The notes under the pieces were generated by a model that saw only the letters and a list, made by a program, of their open reading frames with translations, was not told the DNA's origin and did not search any database. Made by a program: the position numbers and the translations under genes. Positions 1-8,762 of a stretch of DNA of 14,704 nt are shown in pieces. Source of the DNA: Sulfurimonadaceae bacterium (GTDB taxonomy: Bacteria; Campylobacterota; Campylobacteria; Campylobacterales; Sulfurimonadaceae). Where the stretch lies: assembly GCA_041562555.1 (NCBI GenBank), contig JBFEXS010000052.1, forward strand, positions 1 through 14,704, in the 5' to 3' direction. Position 1 is the stretch's first letter; the number at the start of each line of letters is the position of its first letter.

Positions 1-6
1 ATTCAT
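1..6 (-). CDS. 5' end of the next gene in the lysS operon (Met-Asn..., runs off the window); possibly glyA by synteny
   Basis: The minus strand reads AAGGAGAACTAAACAATGAAT: an AAGGAG Shine-Dalgarno (16-21) inside the lysS 3' end, then ATG at 6..4. fur-lysS-glyA is the known order in Campylobacter, but only two codons are visible. Confidence 0.35.
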
Positions 7-9
7 TGT

Positions 10-1548
10 TTAGTTCTCCTTTGGTTCATTAATTTCATTTTCTATTGATTCCTGCTCTGCTTTAGTGATTGGTTTCATCGCAGGGAAGAGCAGTACATCT
101 CTAATCGTGTGTTGGTTGGTCAGCATCATGACAAGACGGTCGATACCGATGCCTTGTCCTGCTGTCGGTGCCATCCCGTAGGACAGGGCATTGACAAAAT
201 CTTCATCCATCTCGTGGGCTTCATCATCACCGGTAAGCTCTTTTCCGTCGACTTGTTCTTTGAAGCGCTGGTATTGGTCTTGGGGATCATTAAGCTCCGA
301 GAAGGCATTGGCGATCTCCTTACCTGCGATAAAGAGCTCAAAACGCTCGGTGATAGCAGGGTTTGCATCCGAACGGCGTGCCAACGGCGAGATCTCTACC
401 GGATAATCGGTGATGAAGGTCGGATTGATCAGTTTTGCTTCGACAAACTCGTCAAAGAGTTCTGCTTGAAGTTGTCCGAGATTAAGGTTCTTATCGACAC
501 TTACATTGTTCTCTTTCAGATAATTGAAGGCCTTCTCTTTGTCTTGACAGATATCCGCAGGTACGCCACCGATCTCAGTGAGAGAGTCGACTAGACCGAT
601 CTCTGTAAAGTCTTCAAAATTGATCTCCAGGTCCCCATACGGCAATATTGTCGGCAGATTCAGATGGTCAAAAAGATACTCAAAAAGCTCTTTCGTGATA
701 TGGATAAGGTCTTTATAGTTTTTGTAGGCCCAATAAAACTCAATAGAGGTAAACTCAGGGTTATGGGTCGCGTCCATACCTTCATTTCTAAAGTTTCTAT
801 TGATCTCAAAGACCGCTTCAAATCCACCGACGATAAGACGCTTAAGGTAAAGTTCCGGAGCGATACGTAAAAAACGGTCCACACCCAAAGCATTATGATG
901 GGTAACAAACGGTTTGGCATTGGCACCACCGGCAATAGGGTGCATCATAGGTGTTTCTACTTCGAGGAAACCTTTCTCCTCAAAGAAGTGACGGATCAAA
1001 GAGATGACTCTGGATCGGGTGTGAAAGGTCTTGCGGACTTCAGCATTCATGATCAGGTCAAGGTATCTTTGTCTGTAGCGAAGCTCCTTGTCCTGGATAC
1101 CGTGAAACTTTTCCGGTAGAGGAGAAATCGCTTTTGTGAGGATCTTGAGCTCTTTGACATTAAGCGAAAGTTCACCGTGCTGCGTTACAAACGGAAAGCC
1201 GGTGACTTCGATGATATCACCTACCTCGATCAATTTTTTAACGCTGTTGTAAAACCCTTCTGGCAAATTGTCACGGGCGAAATAGATCTGAAGCATACCG
1301 CTCTCATCTTCGATCTTTAAAAAGCTGGCTTTCCCCATCAGACGGTAGAGTTTGATACGTCCCGCTACCGTGTAGGTACGGTTCTCGGCGCGTTTCTCTT
1401 CCATATGTTCAACGTCAGAGTTGACATTAAGAAACTTTTCTACAGTCGTATTCCTATGAGAATCATTACTGTAAGGGTTGAGCCCCATCTCTTTTAGTTT
1501 TTCTGCTTTTTCTATACGTTGCTGAACGTATTGGTTCTCAAATGGCAA
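10..1548 (-). CDS. lysS: Lysine--tRNA ligase (class II LysRS)
   Basis: 512 aa. OB-fold N-terminus (VAGRI...MGKASF), [40 protein letters not shown] and motif 3 GIGIDRL. TTG start with GAAGGA RBS upstream. Confidence 0.98.
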   Translation of the reverse strand: MPFENQYVQQRIEKAEKLKEMGLNPYSNDSHRNTTVEKFLNVNSDVEHMEEKRAENRTYTVAGRIKLYRLMGKASFLKIEDESGMLQIYFARDNLPEGFYNSVKKLIEVGDIIEVTGFPFVTQHGELSLNVKELKILTKAISPLPEKFHGIQDKELRYRQRYLDLIMNAEVRKTFHTRSRVISLIRHFFEEKGFLEVETPMMHPIAGGANAKPFVTHHNALGVDRFLRIAPELYLKRLIVGGFEAVFEINRNFRNEGMDATHNPEFTSIEFYWAYKNYKDLIHITKELFEYLFDHLNLPTILPYGDLEINFEDFTEIGLVDSLTEIGGVPADICQDKEKAFNYLKENNVSVDKNLNLGQLQAELFDEFVEAKLINPTFITDYPVEISPLARRSDANPAITERFELFIAGKEIANAFSELNDPQDQYQRFKEQVDGKELTGDDEAHEMDEDFVNALSYGMAPTAGQGIGIDRLVMMLTNQHTIRDVLLFPAMKPITKAEQESIENEINEPKEN

Positions 1549-1607
1549 TCTTGTTCCTTCTCTATAAATTTATTGATGTAGTTTTCAGTCTTATCTGAGA
1601 CATGATC

Positions 1608-2078
1608 TTATTGTTCTTGACATTTCTTGCACAGACCATAGATCTGCATTGAATGGTCTTTGATCTGAAAACCGAACTCTTTGGCAATGAGGTCTTGACG
1701 TTTTTCGATCTCATCGTCTACAAACTCTGTGATCTCACCGCACTCGGTACAGATCATGTGATCATGATGGTCTTTCGCTCCAAGTTCATATTTTTTACCT
1801 TGTGCACCAAAAGAGAGCGAGGTAACGATATCTGACTCTTCAAGTCGAGAAAGTGTCCGATAGATAGTCGCAATACCTGTCTTAAGTTCAGGACGCTGTT
1901 TTTGGATCAATTGATGAAGTGCTTCGGGAGTCAAATGTTCATCACTGTTGTATAGAGTCTCTAGAATGACCTCGCGTTGGATCGTAAACTTTTCACCGTT
2001 CTTTTTGAGGAGTTGTTTGAATTCCTCTAAAAGTGCTTCATACTCAACGGTTCGTTCTGTAAACGTGTCTTGGCTCAT
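1608..2078 (-). CDS. fur: Ferric uptake regulator (Fur family)
   Basis: 156 aa. T.QREVIL, HLTPEAL, GIATIYRTL helix, HHDHMICTECG metal site and C-terminal CKKC. cvpA-fur-lysS order as in Campylobacter. ATGA overlap with the cvpA stop; AAGGAG upstream. Confidence 0.95.
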   Translation of the reverse strand: MSQDTFTERTVEYEALLEEFKQLLKKNGEKFTIQREVILETLYNSDEHLTPEALHQLIQKQRPELKTGIATIYRTLSRLEESDIVTSLSFGAQGKKYELGAKDHHDHMICTECGEITEFVDDEIEKRQDLIAKEFGFQIKDHSMQIYGLCKKCQEQ

Positions 2079-2734
2079 TCCTTCTCCTTTAGTGATATAT
2101 TGTTCTCTTTAAGTCTCTCGTTAACACTCTCGATAAGTTCGTCTTTTTCTTGTGCCGCAGATTCGATGATCTGCTGCGTCATCTCATCTTCAAGGGCTGC
2201 TTTCGCATTTTCGACGCCATTATCGATACTGGCATTGATGTCATCGGCGATTCCTTCGCCGTCGAGTTTCATGATGAAACGTCCTGTCTCAACAAGGGCA
2301 GGAAACATGATGCTCCCCTCCATATCGAAGTTGTTACGTACGGCTTTGATGTTATAGATAGCAAAGACGATGACAGAAGCGATAAAGAAAAACTTTCCAG
2401 ATCCGAAGAGAAATCCCAAGATCTTATCCATGAGACCAAGGCCGCTCATTTTCGAGAATTTTTTAAAGAGCATACCTGCAGCGATCATTGTTCCCCAAAA
2501 AAGGGCAAGTGTGACAAGAAACCCGAGGAAGTTGATAGCAGCAGGACTGTCGAACTTGAAGATAGCATCGGATAAAAGCGTTCCTACTTCGTTAGAGACA
2601 CGTGAACCGACAAAAATACCGCCCACGATACCGATCAGGCCGAAGAGTTCTTTGAAAAATCCGTTCAAGATACCCTTTAGACCAAGAAGCAAGATGATAC
2701 TTCCTACAATCAAATCAAAAATACTAAAATCCAT
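2075..2734 (-). CDS. cvpA: CvpA family (colicin V production) membrane protein with acidic C-terminal extension
   Basis: 219 aa. DLIVGSIILLLGLKGILNGFFKELFGLIG and DKILGFLFG motifs typical of CvpA; about four hydrophobic segments; directly upstream of fur. Confidence 0.9.
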   Translation of the reverse strand: MDFSIFDLIVGSIILLLGLKGILNGFFKELFGLIGIVGGIFVGSRVSNEVGTLLSDAIFKFDSPAAINFLGFLVTLALFWGTMIAAGMLFKKFSKMSGLGLMDKILGFLFGSGKFFFIASVIVFAIYNIKAVRNNFDMEGSIMFPALVETGRFIMKLDGEGIADDINASIDNGVENAKAALEDEMTQQIIESAAQEKDELIESVNERLKENNISLKEKE

Positions 2735-2743
2735 TATTTACTG

Positions 2744-3646
2744 CTATCCTATTACGAATTGGTCTTTACCGTTGTTCTTGGCTTCGTAGAGAGCCTTGTC
2801 TGCACGGTCGATAAACGATTCAAAGGTGTCACCCTTCATAAACTTGCTTGAACCTATACTCAGTGTTATCTTTATCTGATGTTCTTTATAAAGGAGGGTG
2901 TTAGAACGCACGCCTTCGAGTATTCGGTTAGCGACACTCTCACACGCGCTGTCATTTGAACGGTTTAGAAGGATAAGGAACTCCTCTCCTCCAAAGCGGA
3001 ATACTTTATCTCCATCACGCAAAGAACTGCTGATAAGCTTTGCCAAAAAGATAAGGACCCTGTCCCCAGCAAGGTGTCCATAGGTATCATTGACATATTT
3101 AAAATCATCTATATCTACCAGGAGAATACGACTGTCAGGTATCTTATCTTTAACATCACACAGGGCCCCGATAAAACTATCTAATGCACCGCGATTATAG
3201 GTCCGGGTCAGAGGATCGAGGTTGGAGGATTTTTCCAGGATAGAGATTTGCTGATGCAGGGCTTTGATGGTGTCGTTGGCTTCACGCATCTGTGACTCGA
3301 TCTGATCGTGTATGGAGGAAAAACTATGCATGACCTGGTCAATATTGATGGCATCTTGCTTGATAGAAGACTCCAGGACACGCTTTTGTTCTTTGTTGAT
3401 ACGTTCAACTGAGGCTTTTGTCTGGGCATAGGACTCCAGGCTCTCTTCAGCAAGGGCTTTATACTCATTCTCCAAGGAGGGGCTATAAAGATTAATGGGC
3501 TTTGAGTCGTCCAGTTGCAGGGATTTGGCAAGATGATGGAGATCGTCAATGATGGCATTGACTTCTAGCTCCTCATTGGAACGGAGTTTTTCAAGAAGCA
3601 AATTAAAAGCCGCAGTGATGGTTTCTTCAGCTTGGGGTTTGTTCAC
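2744..3646 (-). CDS. Diguanylate cyclase (GGEEF-type GGDEF domain) with soluble helical/coiled-coil N-terminus
   Basis: 300 aa. DPLTRTYNR, DIDDFKYVNDTYGHLAGD, RDGD (RxxD I-site) five residues before GGEEF, and RADKALYEAKNNGKD. No TM segment. GTG start with AGGAG 8 nt upstream. Confidence 0.93.
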   Translation of the reverse strand: MNKPQAEETITAAFNLLLEKLRSNEELEVNAIIDDLHHLAKSLQLDDSKPINLYSPSLENEYKALAEESLESYAQTKASVERINKEQKRVLESSIKQDAINIDQVMHSFSSIHDQIESQMREANDTIKALHQQISILEKSSNLDPLTRTYNRGALDSFIGALCDVKDKIPDSRILLVDIDDFKYVNDTYGHLAGDRVLIFLAKLISSSLRDGDKVFRFGGEEFLILLNRSNDSACESVANRILEGVRSNTLLYKEHQIKITLSIGSSKFMKGDTFESFIDRADKALYEAKNNGKDQFVIG

Positions 3647-3721
3647 GAAAAGTACTCCTGTCTCATCTAAAATAACACTACTGTCATATCAGTAATATTT
3701 ATAGCCTCGTTTAAAGGGGAA

Positions 3722-3727
3722 ATTATA
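3722..3727 (-). promoter_or_regulatory. Putative sigma70 -10 box (TATAAT) for the GGDEF-cvpA-fur-lysS unit
   Basis: Plus-strand ATTATA equals TATAAT on the minus strand, about 75 nt upstream of the GTG start, in an AT-rich intergenic region with A/T tracts upstream. Confidence 0.5.
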
Positions 3728-3863
3728 CACTTTTTAGCATAAAAGAAGCTTTTGTCATGCGTACAGCTTCTGTTTAGCCTTATTTTAGGAAGCTTTGGAT
3801 ACTATTTGCGCCACTAAAATAATTATGTATATCTTTAGAGTTTATACAAGATATGAGGACACT

Positions 3864-5213
3864 ATGAGCACTTGGAACCCGTCAAGCTGGAGAAACTTTC
3901 CAATCAAGCAGCAACCAAACTATACAGATATCGATCATTTAAAGCGTGTAACAGCAAAACTTTCTGAACTTCCGCCTTTGGTCTTTGCAGGTGAAGTCCG
4001 TTCACTTAAAAAGCAATTTGCAGAGGTTACACAGGGGAATGCCTTCTTGCTTCAGGGCGGTGATTGTGCTGAAAGTTTTTCGGAATTCCGTGCTGACAAT
4101 ATCAGAGATACCTTCAAGGCATTGATGCAGATGGCTGTGGTAATGACCTTTGCAGGTTCTTCTCCGGTAGTAAAGGTCGGACGTATGGGTGGACAGTTTG
4201 CAAAACCGCGTTCATCAGATGTTGAGACGATCGGAGATATTACACTCCCCTCATATCGTGGAGATATCATCAATAGTGTTGAATTCACCGAGGAAGCACG
4301 TATCCCCGACCCTGAACGTATGATCCAGGCGTACAACCAGTCATCAGCCACGCTGAACCTATTGCGTGCCTTTGCCTCGGGTGGTATGGCAGACCTGCAT
4401 CAGGTTCACCAGTGGAATCTTGAATTTGTCAAAGATTCGCCGTTGAAAGAGAAGTATGAAGAGATGGCAAACCGTATTCAGGAATCCCTGTCTTTCATGG
4501 CAGCCTGCGGGGTAAGCTCAAAGACGTATCGCACACTCAGGGAGACAGATTTCTATACGTCTCATGAGGCACTTCTTCTGGAATATGAAGAGGCGTTTAC
4601 ACGTAAAGATTCATTGACGGGAGAATGGTACGACACATCAGCACATATGTTGTGGATAGGTGACAGAACACGCGGCCTTGAAGAAGCACATATTGAGTTT
4701 ATGCGTGGTATTCAAAACCCTATCGGTGTTAAAGCCGGACCGACGATGCAACCGGATGAACTTATCAAATTGATCGACGCCGTGAACCCGGAAAACGAAC
4801 TGGGACGCCTGAACGTGATCGTTCGTATGGGTGCAGACAAAGTAGGTGATCACCTTCCTGAACTGATCCGTGCTGTAGAACGTGAGGGGAAAAATGTATT
4901 ATGGTCGTGTGATCCGATGCACGGTAACACGATAAAATCATCAACGGGCTTCAAAACACGTCCGGTTGAAGCGGTACTTAATGAGATGAAAAACTTCTTT
5001 GCCGTGCATAAATCAGAGGGTACCTATGGTGGAGGTGTTCACCTGGAGATGACCGGTAAAAATGTGACGGAATGTACAGGTGGCGCATTCAATATTAATG
5101 ATGAAGACCTTAAAAGCCGTTATCATACCCATTGTGACCCGCGTTTGAATGCGGATCAGGCCTTGGAACTTGCTTTCTTGATCGCAGATTCCTTAAAAGA
5201 GGCAAAGCGTTAA
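3864..5213 (+). CDS. aroF: 3-deoxy-7-phosphoheptulonate (DAHP) synthase, class II
   Basis: Likely start is ATG 3864 ([19 protein letters not shown]) rather than 3795. Class II motifs [49 protein letters not shown] and CDPRLN. The symbol varies between organisms (aroF/aroG/aroH). Confidence 0.95.
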   Translation: MSTWNPSSWRNFPIKQQPNYTDIDHLKRVTAKLSELPPLVFAGEVRSLKKQFAEVTQGNAFLLQGGDCAESFSEFRADNIRDTFKALMQMAVVMTFAGSSPVVKVGRMGGQFAKPRSSDVETIGDITLPSYRGDIINSVEFTEEARIPDPERMIQAYNQSSATLNLLRAFASGGMADLHQVHQWNLEFVKDSPLKEKYEEMANRIQESLSFMAACGVSSKTYRTLRETDFYTSHEALLLEYEEAFTRKDSLTGEWYDTSAHMLWIGDRTRGLEEAHIEFMRGIQNPIGVKAGPTMQPDELIKLIDAVNPENELGRLNVIVRMGADKVGDHLPELIRAVEREGKNVLWSCDPMHGNTIKSSTGFKTRPVEAVLNEMKNFFAVHKSEGTYGGGVHLEMTGKNVTECTGGAFNINDEDLKSRYHTHCDPRLNADQALELAFLIADSLKEAKR

Positions 5214-5238
5214 GCGAAGCCCAAGAGCCTCTTTATGT

Positions 5239-5258
5239 TCAGGGCGCAGGCGCCTTGA
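5239..5258. terminator. GC-rich hairpin between the convergent DAHP synthase and pilT genes; possible terminator
   Basis: TCAGGGCG-CAGG-CGCCTTGA: 8-bp stem with one G-U pair on the + transcript and a 4-nt loop, 25 nt after the DAHP stop. The U-tract is weak. Confidence 0.45.
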
Positions 5259-5339
5259 GACCTCTTTGTATCTAAAATCGAAAATAGTATTTAATGTTGG
5301 TTATGTAAGCTGGGCTACTCTGTAAACCGCAAGAAGCGA

Positions 5340-6404
5340 TTACAGGTTCTTAATGAGGTTAAGCAGTTCGTCCGGACGGTTTGAATATTGAAGTGCACTG
5401 TCCTTAGTGATGATCTTCTGTTTAAGGAAATCGACCAGCTCTTGAGTCTGAGTCACCATCCCGGTCTGCTGCTGGTTCAGCTGCATCTGTGAGTAGAGCT
5501 GGTGTACCTTGTCCTCACGGATAAGGTTTTTGATCGCCGGGTTGGTAATCATGACTTCTTGTGCGGCAATACGCCCTCCACCAATACGAGGAAGCAGGGC
5601 TTGCGATATAACGGCGACCAGTGAAGTGGCAAGCTGGGCACGGATCTGAGGCTGCTCTTCACCGGAGAAAACGTCAATAATACGGTTGATCGTTTCAGGG
5701 GCTGAATTGGTATGCAGGGTTCCAAAGACCAAGTGACCTGTTTCCGCCGCAGTAAGGGCTGCTCCAACGGTTTCGTGGTCACGCATCTCCCCGATCAGGA
5801 TGATATCCGGATCCTCACGCATCGCAAACTTCAATGCTCGGGCAAAGGAGTTCGTGTCTGTTCCGACATTACGGTGAGAGAAGAGACACTTTTTGTTATC
5901 ATGCATAAACTCCACCGGGTCTTCAACAGTGATGATATGCTTATTCTCTGTTTCATTGATCTCATTAAGCATCGCGGCAAGTGTGGTCGATTTACCTGAA
6001 CCGGTAGGTCCGGTAACAAGGATCAGACCCTTTTCACGTTTAATGATCTCTTTAAAGATCTGTTTCGCATTAAGCTGGTCAAGAGAAGGGATGTCGATAG
6101 GAATAATACGAAAGGCACAGGCAATATCACCCATTACGCGGTAATAGTTTGCACGAAAACGTCCAATATCCGGCAGTACGATAGCAAAGTCCAGCTCTAA
6201 CTCTTCTTCGAACTCTTTTTTCTGCTTGTCGGTCAAGAGAGAATAGGCCATCTCTTCGATCATCTTCCCATCCATAATCGGAAGGTTGAGGGCAACAAGT
6301 TTTCCATCAATACGAATTTGAGGTTCGGATCGTGTTACAAGGTGGAGGTCAGATGCCTTATAGGCAACAACTGATTTAAGAAGCTTTCGTATGTCTAAAC
6401 TCAT
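5340..6404 (-). CDS. pilT: Type IV pilus retraction ATPase PilT
   Basis: 354 aa. ASDLHL, Walker A GPTGSGKSTT, Asp box TVEDPVE, Walker B DPDIILIGEMRD, His box TGHLVFGTLHT and AIKNLIRE (the PilT AIRNLIRE motif). Confidence 0.95.
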   Translation of the reverse strand: MSLDIRKLLKSVVAYKASDLHLVTRSEPQIRIDGKLVALNLPIMDGKMIEEMAYSLLTDKQKKEFEEELELDFAIVLPDIGRFRANYYRVMGDIACAFRIIPIDIPSLDQLNAKQIFKEIIKREKGLILVTGPTGSGKSTTLAAMLNEINETENKHIITVEDPVEFMHDNKKCLFSHRNVGTDTNSFARALKFAMREDPDIILIGEMRDHETVGAALTAAETGHLVFGTLHTNSAPETINRIIDVFSGEEQPQIRAQLATSLVAVISQALLPRIGGGRIAAQEVMITNPAIKNLIREDKVHQLYSQMQLNQQQTGMVTQTQELVDFLKQKIITKDSALQYSNRPDELLNLIKNL

Positions 6405-6745
6405 AATAATTCCTCTTTATAGTGGTCTTCATCGAAACCAACAATAACTTTGTCTAAGCTATATTCTATCACAGGTCGTTTAATTAACATATTTTCTTTT
6501 GCCAACCACTCCAGTTTTTGCTCATCATTCAGATTTAAATCTTTAAGCTTTAGCGTGCGGTAGGTCGTTCCACGGGTGTTGAATAGTTGTTTCATTTCTA
6601 CACTTTCTGCCCATCTACGGACTTTGTCTTGTGAAACAGGGTCGGTTTTGAAGTCCTGCAGGGTGTAGTCTATTCCATGCTGTTTTAGAAATTTGATCGC
6701 TTTTTTGACACTGTCACAGTTTTTGATGCCGTATACTTTGATCAT
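6401..6745 (-). CDS. ArsC/Spx/MgsR family protein (YffB-like)
   Basis: Likely start ATG 6745 (MIKVYGIKNCDSVKKA), 4 nt after the gatC stop. LFNTRGTTYR, MLIKRPVI and VGFD motifs. Single Cys (CxxV), as in YffB rather than the CxxC of Spx. Confidence 0.88.
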   Translation of the reverse strand: MIKVYGIKNCDSVKKAIKFLKQHGIDYTLQDFKTDPVSQDKVRRWAESVEMKQLFNTRGTTYRTLKLKDLNLNDEQKLEWLAKENMLIKRPVIEYSLDKVIVGFDEDHYKEELL

Positions 6746-6749
6746 GATA

Positions 6750-7040
6750 CTACTCGATGATCTTTGGAACGATGAAGAAGTTCTCTTCACTGTGTGGAGC
6801 ATTCTTCAATATTGACTCTGAGATCTCTTTGGATGAAGTTGAGACATCTTCACGCAGTTGTGTTCCTTTGTCTGTCATACCGAAGGTCGGATCGAGGTCT
6901 GTCGTATCGAGTTCAGACAGATTTTCTACAAAGGAGACGATCTTACTGAGCTGATCGATCACCTCCTCACGTTTTTCCGGAGCGATTTCAAGATAAGAGA
7001 GTTTTTCAAGTTTTGTTAGTAGTTCATCATCAATTTTCAA
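6750..7040 (-). CDS. gatC: Asp-tRNA(Asn)/Glu-tRNA(Gln) amidotransferase subunit C
   Basis: 96 aa. LEKLSYL...IVSFVENLSELDT, LREDV and NAP...FFIVPKIIE. TTG start with AAGGA RBS. Confidence 0.95.
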   Translation of the reverse strand: MKIDDELLTKLEKLSYLEIAPEKREEVIDQLSKIVSFVENLSELDTTDLDPTFGMTDKGTQLREDVSTSSKEISESILKNAPHSEENFFIVPKIIE

Positions 7041-7071
7041 CCAAAATCCTTACATCGTTTAAATTAGCATG

Positions 7072-7080
7072 ATTGTAACA
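7072..7080 (-). promoter_or_regulatory. Extended -10 promoter (TGnTACAAT) for gatC-arsC-pilT
   Basis: The minus strand reads TTTTTTT-G-T-TACAAT (TGTTACAAT), 31 nt upstream of the gatC start. A T-tract plus extended -10 is typical of Campylobacterota sigma70 promoters. Confidence 0.6.
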
Positions 7081-7178
7081 AAAAAAGGCTAAAGGAACCT
7101 ATCTTTTAAAACAGTTTTGGACACTTTTAACTTTAATAAGATAATATATCGCATTATGAATAATTTAGAGGAGCCTTA

Positions 7179-7775
7179 GTGAGCTTAAAAGAGAATATTG
7201 AGATGGTAAAAGATGAGTTGAACCAGGAAGAGAAACTTTTTGAATCAGCAGTAAAGACAGAGCGTTTTGTCAAAAAATACAAGATGCCCCTTGTCGGAGG
7301 TCTTCTTGCATTTGTGATCGTCATGATCGCGAATACACTTTATCAATCTTATGCAGCAGACAAGATCTCTAGTTCAAATGCGGCGTATATGACGCTACTA
7401 AGCACGCCTGATGATGCCCAAGCGCGTAAGACTTTGGAAGAGTCTAATCCTTCTCTGTATGATGCGTGGCGACTTCAAGAAGCTCTAAAACAACAAGATG
7501 AGGCTGCATTAAAAGAACTTCAGAACTCTTCTTCAAGCCTGGTGTCTGATCTGGCACGATATGAGCTTGCAACGATCAAAAAAGACAGAAAAGCGTTGAA
7601 TGCATATGCACTTGACCAAGATTCGGTACTCAAAGATTTGGCAATTTTAAATGAGGCAGTCCTGTTGATGCAAGAGGGAAAAAATGATGAGGCAAGAACA
7701 CGCCTTGTATTGATCAATGAACACTCGTCTCTGCACAAAATGGTTACATTGTTACGACATTACGGGGTAAAATAG
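7179..7775 (+). CDS. Conserved single-pass membrane protein with helical/TPR-like periplasmic region (YfgM-like)
   Basis: 198 aa. Charged N-terminus, one TM (MPLVGGLLAFVIVMIA) and a helical C-terminus with TPR-like LAILNEAVLLMQEGKNDEARTRL. GTG start with GAGGAG RBS; divergent from gatC. Confidence 0.75.
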   Translation: MSLKENIEMVKDELNQEEKLFESAVKTERFVKKYKMPLVGGLLAFVIVMIANTLYQSYAADKISSSNAAYMTLLSTPDDAQARKTLEESNPSLYDAWRLQEALKQQDEAALKELQNSSSSLVSDLARYELATIKKDRKALNAYALDQDSVLKDLAILNEAVLLMQEGKNDEARTRLVLINEHSSLHKMVTLLRHYGVK

Positions 7776-8762
7776 ATGATCAAAAGCGTTTTATACGCCT
7801 TCATCGCTGCCCTCCTGTTCATCGGGTGTAGTTCAAAGGAGTATTTTGAACCTGAAGAGGTCATAGATTCGCTGTCCCTAAGCGAACGTTTTGATGCGAG
7901 TTTGGTAGATGTCAATGCCCATAGCGCTACTATGGATGACGGAAGTATCATCACCAAAAAGGGGATAGATACGACCCGTTTTCCACAAGGTTACCGTTTC
8001 ATCTTTAAGAATGACGAATGGGCCTTGGCGGTGAAAGTAGGTGGACGCGTGTTTGCCGTGAAGAACGAGTTTGAGAGTAGAAGCCTGGAGCTCTCCAAAA
8101 CGGTAGCAAGCCTTGCCCTACAAGATGATCTGCTTGCTGTTGTCTTTGCCGATAATGAACTGGCTCTGTATGAGTTTAGTACGGGAAGGCTCCTGTTTAA
8201 AGAACCCGCATCCAAGTCTGCTGTGGCGGATATGCGTGTGACAACACCGCGTTTTTTAAATGAGCTTGTACTTTTTCCAACACTGGATGGCAAGATCGTT
8301 ATTGTCAATGCTCAGACAAAGGAACTGGTACGTACGATCATTGTTAGTTCGGAACAGTATTTCAATAATATCATCTACTTCGATGTCATCAATGATATCT
8401 TATATGCTGCAACCCCGTCAAAGATATACAGCCTTGGGAACAAAGAAGAACGTATTGATCTTCAAGTACGCAATATGGTCGTCAATGATGAGGGAATCTG
8501 GGTGACGACGAAACAGGGTGAGATCGTCTCTTTGAGTCATTCCCTTGAGATCCTTCATCGTCAGAAGTTTCCTTTTGCCCATTTCTTGGGTCTTATCGTA
8601 AGCGATGATACCGTTTATGCTGCAGAAAAAGAGTCGTATATGATCTCATGTGGAAAAGACCTTTTGGAATGCAGTGTCTATGATATTGATCTGGAAGATG
8701 GATTCTTCTTTACTTCTGATGAGGGCTTTTATTTCGACAACGTCTACCTTCAAGTCAGATAG
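7776..8762 (+). CDS. Lipoprotein with beta-strand-rich, probable beta-propeller fold (BamB/PQQ-like; resembles the Helicobacter PgbB N-terminal region)
   Basis: 328 aa. Lipobox FIGC (Cys18) followed by SSKEYFEP. Repeated propeller-like units (LVLFPTLDGKIVIVNAQT, IWVTTKQGEIVSL, LALYEFSTGRLLF). The family assignment is inference. Confidence 0.7.
   Translation: MIKSVLYAFIAALLFIGCSSKEYFEPEEVIDSLSLSERFDASLVDVNAHSATMDDGSIITKKGIDTTRFPQGYRFIFKNDEWALAVKVGGRVFAVKNEFESRSLELSKTVASLALQDDLLAVVFADNELALYEFSTGRLLFKEPASKSAVADMRVTTPRFLNELVLFPTLDGKIVIVNAQTKELVRTIIVSSEQYFNNIIYFDVINDILYAATPSKIYSLGNKEERIDLQVRNMVVNDEGIWVTTKQGEIVSLSHSLEILHRQKFPFAHFLGLIVSDDTVYAAEKESYMISCGKDLLECSVYDIDLEDGFFFTSDEGFYFDNVYLQVR

Noticed and set aside
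109..1119. Alternative-frame and antisense ORFs over lysS (109..594, 126..368, 191..406, 660..935, 664..870, 895..1119)
   Set aside because: They lie wholly within a highly conserved gene, have no recognisable motifs, and are typical shadow ORFs.
1564..1573. Palindrome ATAAATTTAT between fur and lysS as a Fur box
   Set aside because: Short, all A/T and not matching Fur consensus spacing; likely chance.
1653..3558. Shadow ORFs over fur, cvpA and the DGC (e.g. 2150..2575, 2370..2789, 3208..3558)
   Set aside because: They overlap well-supported genes and show no family signatures.
3795..3863. 23-aa N-terminal extension of DAHP synthase in the ORF track
   Set aside because: It runs through AT-rich promoter-like DNA; family similarity and the RBS point to ATG 3864.
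6746..6802. Ser-rich N-terminal extension of the ArsC-like ORF
   Set aside because: It overlaps the gatC 3' end; the family start MIKVYG is at 6745.
7100..7165. dif/difH-like site near the xerD cluster
   Set aside because: The ATAA...TTATG arms are 9 nt apart rather than 6, and there is no TTATGTTAAA XerD arm.
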